DNA of 64,000 bases from Eledone cirrhosa (taxonomy: Eukaryota). Below are positions 1 through 13,583 of the stretch, one piece after another; positions within the stretch are counted from its first letter, which is position 1, and the number at the start of each line of letters is the position of its first letter. The notes under the pieces were generated by a model. It did not search any database. It saw nothing but the letters and a program-made list of their open reading frames with translations, and was not told where the DNA came from. The translations under genes were made by a program, and so were the position numbers. The stretch spans positions 33,604,001 to 33,668,000 of the forward strand of contig OZ024755.1 in assembly GCA_964016885.1 (NCBI GenBank). The letters are read 5' to 3'.

Positions 1-77
1 TCGATTGTCGCACCTGGAGGCGAATTGCCCCCCCCCCCTTTTCTTTCCTTTATCATTATTGTTTAATGAATGATATT

Positions 78-463
78 GTGGATTGGCAGTATCGGTAGGG
101 GGTCGGACGCCATGCTTTGACGCATAGAGTTACGGCCCTTGCCATTCTGAGTTCAAATCCCGCCGAGTTTAACTTTGCCATTCTTCCTCACGGGGTCGAT
201 AAAATAAAGTACCAGTAATGTACTGGGATAATTGCTGGCCTTGTGCCAAAAATAGAAACAATTATAGTTTATACACGGTTGGATTGGCAGTATCGGTAGA
301 GGGTCGAACACCATGATTTGCAGTATTGAGTTACGGTCTTTTATGGTCTGAGTTCAAATCCCGCCGAGGTTAACTTTGCCTTTCATCCTTACGGGGTCGA
401 TAAAATAAAGTACCAGTAATGCACTGGCTTATTGCTGGCCTTGTGCCTAAAGTAGAAACTATT
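78..463 (+). mobile_element. Two tandem copies of tRNA-derived SINE family A (~185 bp)
   Basis: A-box-like TGGCAGTATCGG and B-box GAGTTCAAATCC, conserved body GGGGTCGATAAAATAAAGTACCAG, tail GGCCTTGTGCCAAAAGTAGAAACAATTA; many further copies across the window. Confidence 0.85.
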
Positions 464-768
464 ATATTTTATACACAGTTAAGACATTATATTTGTAATG
501 TTTTTCTGAACTAATTGCGATCAATTTATAATGTCATTTATGTATATGATACAGGCATTTACACTAGCAAAACAACTGATGTAGCGATAATTGTATCACG
601 ATTTTATTACTCAATATTCGATGTACCCAACGAGTGAATTTTACTATTATAAAATAAACGTTGTCAACAACATCACAATCCTTCATCATTCGTTTTATCA
701 TTCATCCTGCGAAGAATACATCTTAACAATTACATGGACTTGACCTCTATCGCTACACATATATATAT

Positions 769-985
769 TTAACCCTTTAGCATTTACATTACTCTATATA
801 TACTTTGTATTTTTGTGGTAAAGGCTTTATCTTCATAATTATCTCACAATGTTGAATCTATGAGATTTTGATATTATTTATTTTGAGAACAATACCTTAA
901 TGTCGGTATGAGAGACTGTTTACAACCGGTTTGAATTGAAAGAGGTGAGAAAATTCTGGCCGAATACAGCTAGTTTAAATGCTAA
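769..985 (+). mobile_element. piggyBac-like MITE (family P), right end eroded
   Basis: Starts TTAA-CCCTTTAGCATTTA and ends TAAATGCTAA; same body as intact copies at 25757 and 33317. Confidence 0.7.
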
Positions 986-1079
986 TATTTGTAATGTTAT
1001 TCAAATGTAAATTTATACAATTGTAAATAAAAACAAAAATGTTTTACCGATATCTATTTGCTGACCACAGCTAAAAAAT

Positions 1080-1250
1080 AATTGTTTCTACTTTTGGTAC
1101 AAGGCCAGCAATTATCCTAGTGCATTACTGGTACTTTATTTATCGACCCCGTAAGGATGAAAGGCAAAGTTAACCTCGGCGGGATTTGAACTCAGATCGG
1201 AAAGAGGCGTAACTCTATGCTGCAAAGCATGGCGTCCAATCATCTACCAA
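1080..1250 (-). mobile_element. SINE family A copy
   Basis: Reverse complement of the family A body. Confidence 0.85.
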
Positions 1251-1469
1251 AAATAATACACAAAAAATAATTGTTTAATACATAGAAATACACTTACTTT
1301 TAATCTCAAGTACCCTCTCAGTAATAAGAGTAAAGATCCAATAAATAATGCAGAATTATTTCCTGCATTCATAAGTATCAAATGATACAATGTAAATATG
1401 GTATTGTTAGTGTATATTCCTAATGAAACACTTTGCCACTGATTTACAGTTAATTTCGTGTGAAATTAT

Positions 1470-1540
1470 GAGTGACGCAGCAGAAGTAACGGGAGCAGCG
1501 ATGTCACGTGCGCGTAATTGCGAAACAAAATGGCTTCCTA
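1470..1540 (+). promoter_or_regulatory. Candidate core promoter / TSS region
   Basis: Locally CpG-rich unique sequence with TGACGCA (1473), E-box GTCACGTG (1503) and YY1-like CAAAATGGC (1526). Confidence 0.4.
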
Positions 1541-1663
1541 GTTGGAGAGAAATTCGATGTGGATGGTCATGTGTCTATGGGCTCGTGCGAGAACTGGAAT
1601 TTCTGGCCAGAGAGTCTTTTTGGATGAGCAAGGTTCGTGGAGAACGCAGCTTGTTGTTCGATG
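1526..1663 (+). other. Candidate first exon (coding status unclear)
   Basis: Follows the promoter-like motifs; ends at ATG|GTATGG donor followed by a poly-G run; no recognisable peptide in any frame. Confidence 0.3.
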
Positions 1664-1974
1664 GTATGGGGGGGGGGGGGGGGTACGGTAAATGGTTTTA
1701 CGTTTCCCACCTACATTTTGAAAATAATCAACAATTTGTTGGGATTTATTAATAAAATCAACTTTTCCTTAATTAACCTGATGTTTGAAACAAACTTTTC
1801 ACTGCATAAAATTATGATGGAATAAAATGTTTTAATCTAGATATGACCGTCGTCATCATCATTAAAACACTCATGCTTCCCGAAATACGCCAAAACTACA
1901 CCTGATGTACCCCTTCCATACACATGCACACGTGTATATCGTGACTCATGCACTGCACATTACCCTATGTACTA

Positions 1975-2875
1975 CTAGCAGTGGTACCCGGCGTTGCACG
2001 GGATAAGGTATTTTGGAATGCAGGCCGCCAACAGACCTAATCGTGGAAAAACTGCATGCCTGGACAATATGTAAAGAAGTTAAACCGAATACTCTGATGG
2101 CTGGATAATCTTTAAGATTTTCCTCGATGAAGCAGGAAAAATGCAGGTTTTCACCTAAATCAGGCCCTAGGGGATCAAGAAAATAATATTTTTTTTATGT
2201 GCATAATATGCCTTGAAATTTCGGGAAAATCGGCTAGACGTAACGCCTCAAAAAAGCCCTAAAAAGCTGGAAAAAAATGAAGATTTTCACCTAATGCGGG
2301 TCCTAGGCCATAAAAAAGTTGGATTTTCTTTGCTTACTGTATGAAGAAGAGACTGACTAATACAAAGTTACAATTTCAAGGAAATCATTCTGACGTAACG
2401 CCTTAAAAAAGCTGAAAAAAACGCAATTTTTCACCTAATGCGGGCCCTAGGAGATCAAAAAGTTGAATTTTTTTATGTGCATAACACTCCCTGAAACATA
2501 AGTAATACACATGTAAAGTTGGGTACTTCTCGAGTTTTAGGGATTCAAACTCACACACACACACACACAGACATCCTCAGGGAAGTGACGTAATGCAGAC
2601 AGCCAGACATACAGACAAATATTATAAGGGCGCGACGTTATATGTATGTATCTATCTAAAAAGAGAAAAACTAAGAATTATAGAACGAGATCGCTAAATC
2701 GCCTAATCCGGTCCCGAGAACCATGAAAATTTGAAATTTATTTTTGCACAGAACACTCCCTGAAACATAAGTATTACATGTGTAAAGTTTGAAAACAGTC
2801 GGTTGGGTGGTTCTCGAGTTTTAGGGATTCAAACTCACACACACAGACAGACATCCTCAGTTTTATATATATAGA
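1975..2875 (-). mobile_element. Non-autonomous Helitron
   Basis: Minus strand begins 5'-TCTATATATATAAAACTGAG with a (GTCT)/(GT) microsatellite and ends in hairpin CCCGTGCAACGCCGGG then CTAG; inserted between A and T with no TSD; empty site seen at ~63866-64000. Confidence 0.85.
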
Positions 2876-2942
2876 TACATACACTTTTTGATGAGTTGTA
2901 GTGCACCTGAGCACTGTACACAATATTTCTTATTAATTTGAG

Positions 2943-4345
2943 GGCGGTGGATTGGCAGTATTGGTAGAGAGTCGGACGCCATGCTTTGACGCATAGAGTT
3001 ACGGCCCTATTCTGAGTTCAAATCCCGCCGGCGTTAACTTTGCCTTTCATCCTTACGGGGTCGATAAAATAAAGTACCAGTAATACACTGGCATAATTGC
3101 TGGCCTTGTGCCTAACGTAGAAACAATTATTAATTTGAACTCAGACCGTAAAGGGACGTAACTATGCTGGAAAGCATATAGTTACGTCCCTTTACGGTCT
3201 GAGTTCAAATCCCGTCGAGGTTAACTTTGCCTTTCATCCTTACGGGGGTCGATAAAATAAAGTACCAGTAATGTACTGGGTAATTGCTGGCCTTGTGCCA
3301 AAAGTAGAAACAATTATTATTATTATTATCATCATTTTACGTCCATTTTCCACGCTTGCATGGGTTAGATGGGTTGTCACGTTATGAAACTATTCTGGTC
3401 ACGTGACCATGTCTTCCTCATACCGATTTGTACTTTGGCCTGGTTTCGACCGCTGAACGCCGTTCCTAACGCCAACCGTGTTACAGTGTGGACAGGGTTG
3501 TGGGTTTTTTTCTTTATCGTGGCACAAAAACGACCACATAACAGCGTTGAGTGGGTGATGTTTGTCATGTCACCAGCACGACTACCTTACATGTGGGGGG
3601 GGGGGGGGGGAGAGGTCAGACGTTCATAATTTTCCGACAACAATCGCTAATTATCCAACAAGAATTTCTTTTGGAGTGCAGCTGCATATCCACCTACCCC
3701 AAGCAATACGCCACTGCATACACTATTATATTATGGAAGGAGGATGAATTGGCAGTATCAGTAGAGCGTCAGACACCATGCTTTGCAGCATAGAGTTATG
3801 TCCCTTTACGTTCTGAATTCAAATCCTGCCGAGGTTAGCTCTGCCTTTCATACTTACGGGGTCGATAAAATAAAGCACCAGTAATGCACTGGGATAATTG
3901 CTGGCCTTGTGCCAAAAGTAGAAAACAATTATATCATGGAAGGTGGATTGGCAGTATCGGTAGAGCGTCGGTCACTCTGCTTCGCGGCATAGTTACGTCC
4001 CTTTACGTTCTGAGTTCAAATCGCGCTGAGGTTAACTTTGCCTTTGATCCTTACAGGGTCGATAAAATAATTGTTTCTACTTTAGGCACAAGGCCAGCAA
4101 TTACCCAGTGCATTACTGGTCGATAAAATAATGTACCAGTAACACACTGAGGTAGATTTATTCGACTTCCCCTGAGGTAGATTTATTCGACTTCCCCTGT
4201 CCCAAAATTGTTGGCCTCGTGCCTAAAGCCGAAACCATCCGGCCGAGGTTAACTTTGCCTTTCATCCTTACGGGGTCGATAAAATAAAGTACCAGTAATG
4301 CATTGAGATAATTGCTGGCCTTGTGCCAAAAGTAGAAACCATTAT
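2943..4345 (+). mobile_element. Cluster of family A SINE copies/fragments, with a family B SINE 3' part on the minus strand at ~3320-3590
   Basis: Repeated GAGTTCAAATCC...GGGGTCGATAAAATAAAGTACCAG units. Confidence 0.8.
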
Positions 4346-5161
4346 ATTATAGAGTTAAACTCTACAATATATTATAGTATTTGTAAATGTTACACTTCAA
4401 AGTGAGATTGGAGATTTCAAAATTGGACTTTACGATTTTTTCTTTTTTTTAAAACTATATTTTATTCATGGTTGTATAAAAAAAAGGGAAATATAATAAT
4501 ACAATGCTTACAGAACGAAAGCACAAATAAATATAATATAAAGGAAAGGGAGACGGAAAACAAAGGCAAAATACCGATTTCATAATGAGATTAACATTAA
4601 AAGATTTGACCGATACTTTGAAAGAAGAAGACTATGAAATAACATATTCATACCATTTGTAATGTTAATAATGTGAATTCTAAGTTGTTTTTTTTTTATC
4701 CGCCCAGTCATGAAGCAAAAAAATTCGTGATTCTAATTTGTATTTTTCAATATTTTCAGGTGTATGTCACAATCATAACAATCTATAAGCTGAATCTAGC
4801 AATGTTAGACATTTGTGTCTTCAATGTTCACTTGATGCTGTTTGTCTAGACATTACTTTAAAGATTCTTCAAAGAATAAGCAGTTTAACTCTCAGACGAT
4901 TTAGTGCAACGATTTTAGACGCCACACACTCCGTCAAATTTTATCAATCATTCCATATACACGGTTTATTATGATTGCGATTATAAAATGACGATCTTTC
5001 CATTTTCTTTTGTTTATAATATCGTATTCTTCAACTGCTAAAGTCTTCCCTGTTAAATTTCGTCTACGAGAAGATAACATGTATTCTTTCTTGGACTAAT
5101 TAAATCAAGTAAGTTTAAGTTCTGTTTGTGTGTGATGAGCTCACTGTGAAACAGACCTGTC

Positions 5162-5318
5162 AACTGTCCTCGTCCCACGGGGAGATCTCCGACGCACTTT
5201 CGAGTAGGTGAGAGGTGTTTTCTCTTGTGAAAATGGGTATAGCTTTCATTATGTAAAATCTCTTCATTTCGCCTTATTTCATCCCCATTTTGGGGCACTT
5301 TTTTTCATGGTACTCCCT
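5162..5318. repeat. Dispersed ~160 bp repeat, paralogous to ~10318-10478; possible MITE
   Basis: Shared GGGGAGATCTCC...TCTCTTGTGAAAATGG.TATAGCTTTCATTATGTAAAAT...CCCCATTT.GGGGCACTTTTTTTCA.GGTACTCCC. Confidence 0.6.
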
Positions 5319-5559
5319 GTTTGAGCTTTTAGAGGTTGGCAGGTCTGATGTAATCACTTGTCTCACTTAGAAATGAGTTGTGTCCATTTTGAACTGTTAT
5401 ATCCTCACTTAGAATTAAGAAGCTGTAGTTACAATAATTGTATATACAGATATTATAAATTGATCACAGTTTTAAAATAACTATCTTTATTTACTCTTAT
5501 CTACTTTGTATTTGAATATGTATTTCTTTAACTAAAGATGTGACCAATTCGCTTTATTA

Positions 5560-5870
5560 ATTGTTTCTACGTTTGGCACATGGCCAGCAATTACCCAGTG
5601 CATTACTGGTACTTTATTTTATCGACCCCGTAAGGATGAAAGGCAAAGTTAACCTCGGCGGGATTTGAACTCAGAATGGCAAGGGCCGTTACTCTATGCG
5701 TCAAAGCATGGCGTCCGATAACTCCATAACAGCAGCCCGTCGGAGGAAGAAACCCCGTCAGGCTGGGTGGCTGATGCAGCGGGTGTCGCTGGCCATTGTC
5801 AGCGGAAATGCTTTTGCGGTCTTATCCGTGGGGCGCAACCCCAACACCACCGCGCCCTAATCCTAGAGCC
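5560..5870. mobile_element. Family A SINE (minus, ~5560-5720) joined to a CRE-like RLE retrotransposon 3' fragment (plus, ~5720-5870)
   Basis: SINE body; plus-strand peptide QRVSLAIVSGNAFAVLS resembles the CRE C-terminal motif QRxSxAIxRGNA. Confidence 0.65.
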
Positions 5871-6229
5871 CAACACCCTCCCTCTCCCCCATTCTTCTGT
5901 GACCCCCAGAGCCTTTGCCCTTCCCTTCATTTTCCGTTTTTAAATATATGTAGTGTTGTCGTTGTTTGAAATAGATTTGTTTATGATTATTTTGATTTCT
6001 ATTAATAAAACATATTCTTCTGGTCGAATCAGAAACTGCGAGATCAAAATATATCCTTTTCGAAAAACAGAGACAAATAAAAGGATTGACAAATTAGAGG
6101 GTTAGTTCTTAGTGGTTTCTTTGAAGGCGTAGGTTTTAATCACATACGATACCAGTTAAGCCAGAGATCAAAGAAATGCTAACATTACTTGCCTTAACCA
6201 GATGGACAATTGTTACTAACAAACATATT

Positions 6230-6319
6230 TTATTTCCCTTCTTTTTTCATCTTCTGAAGCAGTGTATCACTGAATCCTTGTATCCATTCCTCAGGTGACA
6301 GCTGATAAATTAAAGATTG
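6230..6319 (-). CDS. Candidate terminal coding exon QSLIYQLSPEEWIQGFSDTLLQKMKKEGK*
   Basis: Polypyrimidine tract plus CAG acceptor (TTTATTTTTTAATCAG), open frame to TAA in unique sequence; loose resemblance by eye to the GSKIP/DUF727 C-terminal helix. Confidence 0.3.
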   Translation of the reverse strand, partial: QSLIYQLSPEEWIQGFSDTLLQKMKKEGK

Positions 6320-6430
6320 CTGATTAAAAAATAAATATATAACCACTAAACAAGAAACTATATCTTCTCGTACATGTCAATAAAATATTTTTTGTATGGT
6401 ATTTTTAGACGCGCGTGTTATAAGATTACC

Positions 6431-8320
6431 AACTGCTGGAAAAGTTATGATGATATCATAGTCTCACATCTACAGAATAGCTACCGAGTTGTGGAAAAGT
6501 TATGATAGCATAGTCTCTCACGCCTTATGGAATCTCTACCAAGCTGTAGAAATGTTATGGTGATAGCATAGTATCTCATTTCCTACGGAATGTCTACCAA
6601 GCTGTAGAAATGTTATGGTGATAGCATAGTATCTTATATCCTACGGAATCTCTACCAAGCTGTAGAAATGTTATGGTGATAGCATAGTATCTTATTTCCT
6701 ACGGAATCTCTACCAAGCTGTAGAAATGTTATGGTGATAGCATAGTATCTCATTTCCTACAGAATCTCTACCAAGCTGTAGAAATGTTATGGTGATAGCA
6801 TAGTATCTTATTTCCTACGGAATCTCTACCAAGCTGTAGCAATGTTATGGTGATAGCATAGTATCTTATTTCCTACGGAATCTCTACCAAGCTGTGGAAA
6901 TGTTATGGTGATAGCATAGTATCTTATTTCCTACGGAATCTCTACCAAGCTGTAGAAATGTTATGGTGATAGCATAGTATCTTATTTCCTACGAAATCTC
7001 TACCAAGCTGTAGCAATGTTATGGTGATAGCATAGTATCTTATTTCCTACGGAATCTCTACCAAGCTGTAGAAATGTTATGGTGATAGCATAGTATCTCA
7101 TTTCCTACGGAATGTCTACCAAGCTGTAGAAATGTTATGGTGATAGCATAGTATCTTATATCCTACGGAATCTCTACCAAACTGTAGAAATGTTATGGTG
7201 ATAGCATAGTATCTTATTTCCTACGGAATCTCTACCAAACTGTAGAAATGTTATGGTGATAGCATAGTATCTTATTTCCTACGGAATCTCTACCAAGCTG
7301 TAGAAATGTTATGGTGATAGCATAGTATCTCATTTCCTACGGAATCTCTACCAAGCTGTAGAAATGTTATGGTGATAGCATAGTATCTTATATCCTACGG
7401 AATCTCTACCAAACTGTAGAAATGTTATGGTGATAGCATAGTATCTTATTTCCTACGGAATCTCTACCAAACTGTAGAAATGTTATGGTGATAGCATAGT
7501 ATCTTATTTCCTACGGAATCTCTACCAAGCTGTAGAAATGTTATGGTGATAGCATAGTATCTCATTTCCTACGGAATCTCTACCAAGCTGTAGAAATGTT
7601 ATGGTGATAGCATAGTATCTCATTTCCTACGGAATCTCTACCAAGCTGTAGAAATGTTATGGTGATAGCATAGTATCTCATTTCCTACGGAATCTCTACC
7701 AAGCTGTAGAAATGTTATGGTGATAGCATAGTATCTTATATCCTACGGAATCTCTACCAAGCTGTAGCAATGTTATGGTGATAGCATAGTATCTTATTTC
7801 CTACGGAATCTCTACCAAGCTGTGGAAATGTTATGGTGATAGCATAGTATCTTATTTCCTACGGAATCTCTACCAAGCTGTAGAAATGTTATGGTGATAG
7901 CATAGTATCTTATTTCCTACGAAATCTCTACCAAACTGTAGAAATGTTATGGTGATAGCATAGTATCTTATTTCCTACGGAATCTCTACCAAGCTGTAGA
8001 AATGTTATGGTGATAGCATAGTATCTTATATCCTACGGAATCTCTACCAAACTGTGGAAAAGTTATAATAAGTGTTTCAACTTTTGGCTCAAGGCCAACA
8101 ATTACCCCAGTGCATTAATGGTACTTTATTTTATCGACCCCGTTAACCTCGGCCGGATTTGAACTCAGAATGTAAAGAGTCATAACTCAATGCTGCAAAG
8201 AATGGTTGGTGTCTGAAGCTCTACCGACGGAATCTCTACCAAGCTGTGGAAATGTGATGATGTTATCATAGTATCTCATCCGTCCCTTACGGAATGCCTA
8301 CCTAGATGTGGAAACGTTAT
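6431..8320. repeat. 58-bp tandem satellite (~27 homogeneous units ~6500-8065, degenerate edges, SINE inserted at ~8070-8228)
   Basis: Unit GCTGTAGAAATGTTATGGTGATAGCATAGTATCTTATTTCCTACGGAATCTCTACCAA; period 6601 to 6659. Confidence 0.95.
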
Positions 8321-8734
8321 GAAAATGACCCAGTATCGTATATTCATGTTTTGTTATTATATATTTCTCGATTCATTGATAGTGGTCAAAACACTAAATT
8401 TGAGGCCCAGCCGTTAGAACATCGGATAGAATGCTTTTTCGTGTTCGTCACTTTGAATACAAATCACACCGAGGTCAATTTTGCCATTCATCGTTTCGTG
8501 TTCAATAAAAAAGCACCAATCCATTTACTGGGGTCAATTTCTCCTCCAAATCTCTTTCTCACTCCCCTTATCTCCCCTCTGGCCAACATTTCGCCTGGTA
8601 AACGAGCAGGGTCTAGACTCTTTGCAATGTAATATAGATTCTTAAGACATTTCAAACACAAAATGTAATAACGTATCTAATGGAGCTAAACCTCATTTTC
8701 AAGAGAGCTTTGGCCCGGGAAAACAACCCCTCAA

Positions 8735-9240
8735 TTTAGGAATCGTCTGGGTTGTCCAGAATTGGCGAGAAAAGACCTGACGGCCTTACTCTGTACCCCT
8801 GGTTGAGAAGTAGGTGCCTTATCTGGGACGTCACAGTTAGTGGCTCTTTTGCTTCTTCCCACCGCCTGGATGTTACGGTTAGGGCGAGAGCCTAATCAAT
8901 TAGAAGTGTATTGTGGTAGTACAACTGGAAATCTTACACTAAATTTACCATCTAATCGCTAACCCAGGTTCTGCTGCACGTCGGGCCGAGGAGGCCAAAC
9001 TCTCCAAGTATCGGTAGCTCTCCGACAGGTTTGCGGTCGTGCCCTTGGCAGTGGAGACTTCTGGTGTCCTTGGCTCTAGGGCTACCTCCCTACTCACCAC
9101 CATAGGCGCTGAGCAGACCAGCCGCAGGTGTGAGCCTCGCGAGTTGGAATGGCTCTTGCAGCGCATCCCCCTTACCATCCTCCAGGGAAACTCCTTCTCC
9201 ATTCTGTCCGCCAGGGCTGTGGGGAGGCCAGCGCGTGGGA
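8735..9240 (+). mobile_element. CRE-like non-LTR retrotransposon, RLE endonuclease/C-terminal fragment (disrupted)
   Basis: Translates ESSGLSRIGEKRPDGLTLYPWLRSRCLIWDVTV...AEEAKLSKYR*...PLAVETSGVLG...WLLQRIPLTILQGNS; RPD...D restriction-like endonuclease motif. Confidence 0.8.
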
Positions 9241-9541
9241 CCCTATTTGCTTCCCCATACAAAGAGATGGGGGAGGGCGATAGAGATGGGGCGATGACAG
9301 GGGGAGTTCGGCTCTTTCACGTTCGGACCATATCCTTGTGTTTGTGTTCATTATCTATGAAGTTCAATCTCATATATAACTGAAAATGAAGTTAGTTATA
9401 CTTTATGATAAGACAATGATAAAGAAAATCGATCGGCAATGTATTGTGGTGGTACCACTGGAAATCTTACACTAAATTTACCATCTAATCGACCAACAAT
9501 CTATTGTGGTGGTACCACTGGAAATCTTATATTCAATTTAC

Positions 9542-9646
9542 CATCCAATCAACTAGAAGTGTAGTGTAGTGATACAACTGGAAATCTAGTTTGCCATCAA
9601 ATATTTTCTGACATGCTGTGCTGATAAAGGTTTGTTTATTAGTCAT
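9542..9646 (-). CDS. Candidate coding exon MTNKQTFISTACQKIFDGKLDFQLYHYTTLLVDWM
   Basis: ATG with an upstream in-frame stop, open to a phase-0 GTAAAT donor, in phase with the 6230-6319 exon; 3' part overlaps a locally duplicated motif. Confidence 0.2.
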
Positions 9647-10488
9647 TTTCGTTTAATGTATCTTCACCTTTTTCAAAAAAGGAAAAAAAATGTCTAAAAT
9701 AATAATGAATGATGTAGAATCCCCTTTGAATGGCATCTTTTATCTCTACTGTCGCCAGTCCAGCCCGGCTGTGACATTATAGCCAGCTTAGACAGCGACA
9801 AAGTCTATGCTGAAACATCATTAATTTGCAAATAGACATCAAAGAATCGGTAACAAATAAGAGTGTGACAATTAACTTTGATTTACTCACACCATTTATT
9901 TTTGACATTTAAGATTTGTATATTCTGTTTCTTCAACAATTTACTACAACTACATCTATCCCACACAACTGGCATTTTTTGTTTTGTTTAGTAGAAAGTT
10001 CTAGTTTGTCATCGGTGATATATTGATGAATGACAACAACAATAACAACAAGAACATTAACAACTGTGCCAATAGTAAAGGAAATAGTGATTGAAACCAA
10101 TAGTGACGCTAACAAAATGGCATCAAAGGCTATGACATTAGCATTAGCCATAAGGTAGAAATAACAAAGAAACATTGGCAAAGTGAACACTAGTTGTTAT
10201 AAAATCACACAACAGCAAAATAATCAAATGAAGTGATATAGAATCTGTTAGAAATAACAGCGAAATTTTCCTCAAATCACATCCTACTGTATGAAAAATG
10301 TGAGTACCAGCTCTATCAACTTTCCCCGTCCGACGGGGAGATCTCCAACCCGCTTTCGTGGGTGGATGGGAGATGTCTTCTCTTGTGAAAATGGCTATAG
10401 CTTTCATTATGTAAAATTTCTAATTTCTATTGTCTAATTTCTCCCCATTTGGGGGCACTTTTTTTCAAGGTACTCCCCCGTTTTTCAT

Positions 10489-11670
10489 GGTACTCACTGT
10501 AAAGTGGTCGTGTATGTGTCATGACAACAAGCACCCAGTACTCACTGTAAAGTGGTCATGTAGGTGTCATGACAACAAACACCCAGTACTCACTGTAAAG
10601 TGGTCGTGTAGGTGTCATGACAACAAGCTCCCAGTACTCACTGTAAAGTGGTCGTGTAGGTGTCATGACAACAAGCACCCAGTACTCACTGTAAAGTGGT
10701 CGTGTAGGTGTCATGACAACAAACACCCAGTACTCACTGTAAAGTGGTCGTGTATGTGTCATGACAACAAGCACCCAGTACTCACTGTAAAGTGGTCATG
10801 TAGGTGTCATGACAACAAACACCCAGTACTCACTGTAAAGTGGTCGTGTAGGTGTCATGCAACAAGCACCCAGTACTCACTGTAAAGTGGTCATGTAGGT
10901 GTCATGACAACAAACACCCAGTACTCACTGTAAAGTGGTCGTGTAGGTGTCATGCAACAAGCACCCAGTACTCACTGTAAAGTGGTCATGTAGGTGTCAT
11001 GACAACAAGCACCCAGTACTCACTGTAAAGTGGTCGTGTATGTGTCATGACAACAAGCACCCAGTACTCACTGTAAAGTGGTCATGTAGGTGTCATGACA
11101 ACAAACACCCAGTACTCACTGTAAAGTGGTCGTGTAGGTGTCATGCAACAAGCACCCAGTACTCACTGTAAAGTGGTCATGTAGGTGTCATGACAACAAG
11201 CACCCAGTACTCACTGTAAAGTGGTCGTGTAGGTGTCATGACAACAAGCTCCCAGTACTCACTGTAAAGTGGTCGTGTAGGTGTCGCGACAAAAAGCACC
11301 CAGTACTCACTGTAAAGTGGTCGTGTAGGTGTCGCGACAAAAAGCACCCAGTCCACACTGTAAAGTGGTTGTCTAGGTGACACAACAAAAAAAAACACCC
11401 AGCCCACACTGTAAGGTGGTCACGTAGGTGTCACGACAAAAAGCACCCAGTCCACCCTGTAAAGTGGTCGTGTTGGCACCACGGTAAAAAGCATCCAGTA
11501 CTCAATGTAAATGATGTTGGCGTTAGGAAGGGCATCCAGCTGTAGAAACGAAGCCAAAATCAGTTCTGTATGAGCAAGACAAGGTCACCTGACCTAACAT
11601 TGCCCACAACAGAACAACACATTTCACCCATGTCAAAATTGGACGTAAAACGATGATGATGATGATGATG
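10489..11670 (+). repeat. 48-bp minisatellite (~21 units) expanded inside a family B SINE, followed by the SINE 3' tail
   Basis: Unit GTACTCACTGTAAAGTGGTCGTGTAGGTGTCATGACAACAAGCACCCA; continues into AGGAAGGGCATCCAGCTGTAGAA...GGACGTAAAACGATGATGATG. Confidence 0.9.
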
Positions 11671-12394
11671 CAGCATCACCTACCACACCTTATTTAAACA
11701 TTTTTACTTATAGAAGTTTTTGACTAGATTTAATCAGTAGAAACTAAAATCTGTGAAGAAGGAGTCTCCACAGGGTTACTAAATCTGCTAGAAAAGAATA
11801 TATGATACAGTAGAAAAGAATATTATATGATACAGAGTCTCAGATGTACTCTCTCTACATAAAAAAATAAGATAAGTAGGAAAAGTTTGATACACATCAC
11901 AGGTTAACACATCCAGAGTGGACCTGGGAATAAAAAAAAAAAAAAAAAAGATTTTACTAACTTTTAGTTTCTTTTTAAAAAGAGCTTCTATGAAATCTCT
12001 ACTTAAACTAATATAGTTTTTTTTTCTTCTAATAACCACATAAAAACTGGTTTATTTCTATTAATCAAAAGGATTATTCTTTTTTCCAGTCTGCAATGAT
12101 TATTGTTATTTTTATTGTCGTTGAATAAGTTAATGGTTTAAGAGTTAAGAGTTATAGATGAAATCAATGGCCTGTAAAAATTATTTGAAGTACAGTTAGT
12201 TGACAAAAAGGAAAAGCTGAAATAAAGTCAAAATAATATTAATGAATTAATATATGAAAAGTAAGGCTAAGTAACGACATTAGTGAAAACAGAATGATAA
12301 TTTGTTGAATTTATACTGTTGATATAATGAGACCTTCCTAGATATTACTACTCAGTCTGTGGCAGACACACTCTATGATCAAGGTTCCCAATCA

Positions 12395-13300
<906 letters not shown>

Positions 13301-13366
13301 GTAATATGGGGTGATATGGTGCAATGCTGTAAACACTAGCAATATTAACATTTGACTGGCATTTCA

Positions 13367-13449
13367 TTAGCTTTTAATGCTGTCTTTGTCCTTCACTAGA
13401 CATGGACCATGACAAAAGTATTGATGTCCTAACCATATTTCAAACAATT
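13367..13449 (-). CDS. Candidate terminal coding exon [26 protein letters not shown]
   Basis: TAG acceptor after a pyrimidine-rich tract, open frame to TAA in unique sequence; no partner exon identified. Confidence 0.2.
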
Positions 13450-13583
13450 CTATGGATGATGAATGAAATGATGATATTTTATTCAACAAATTTCAATTCG
13501 ATAATACATTTGTAATAAAATAAGAGAAAAAGTAAGTCAGAGAAAAAAAATTAAATAGTAAATGTAAGGCATGTGACTCAGTG

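Noticed and set aside
1423-1752. 109-aa ORF
   Set aside because: Spans promoter-like motifs, a probable donor site and poly-G; no recognisable protein
6500-8065. CRISPR-like appearance of regular arrays (also 39072-39965 and 45815-47625)
   Set aside because: No unique spacers, no cas genes, eukaryotic context
10430-11407. Cys/His-rich repeat ORFs resembling a metal-binding protein
   Set aside because: 48-bp SINE-derived minisatellite with frameshifting units
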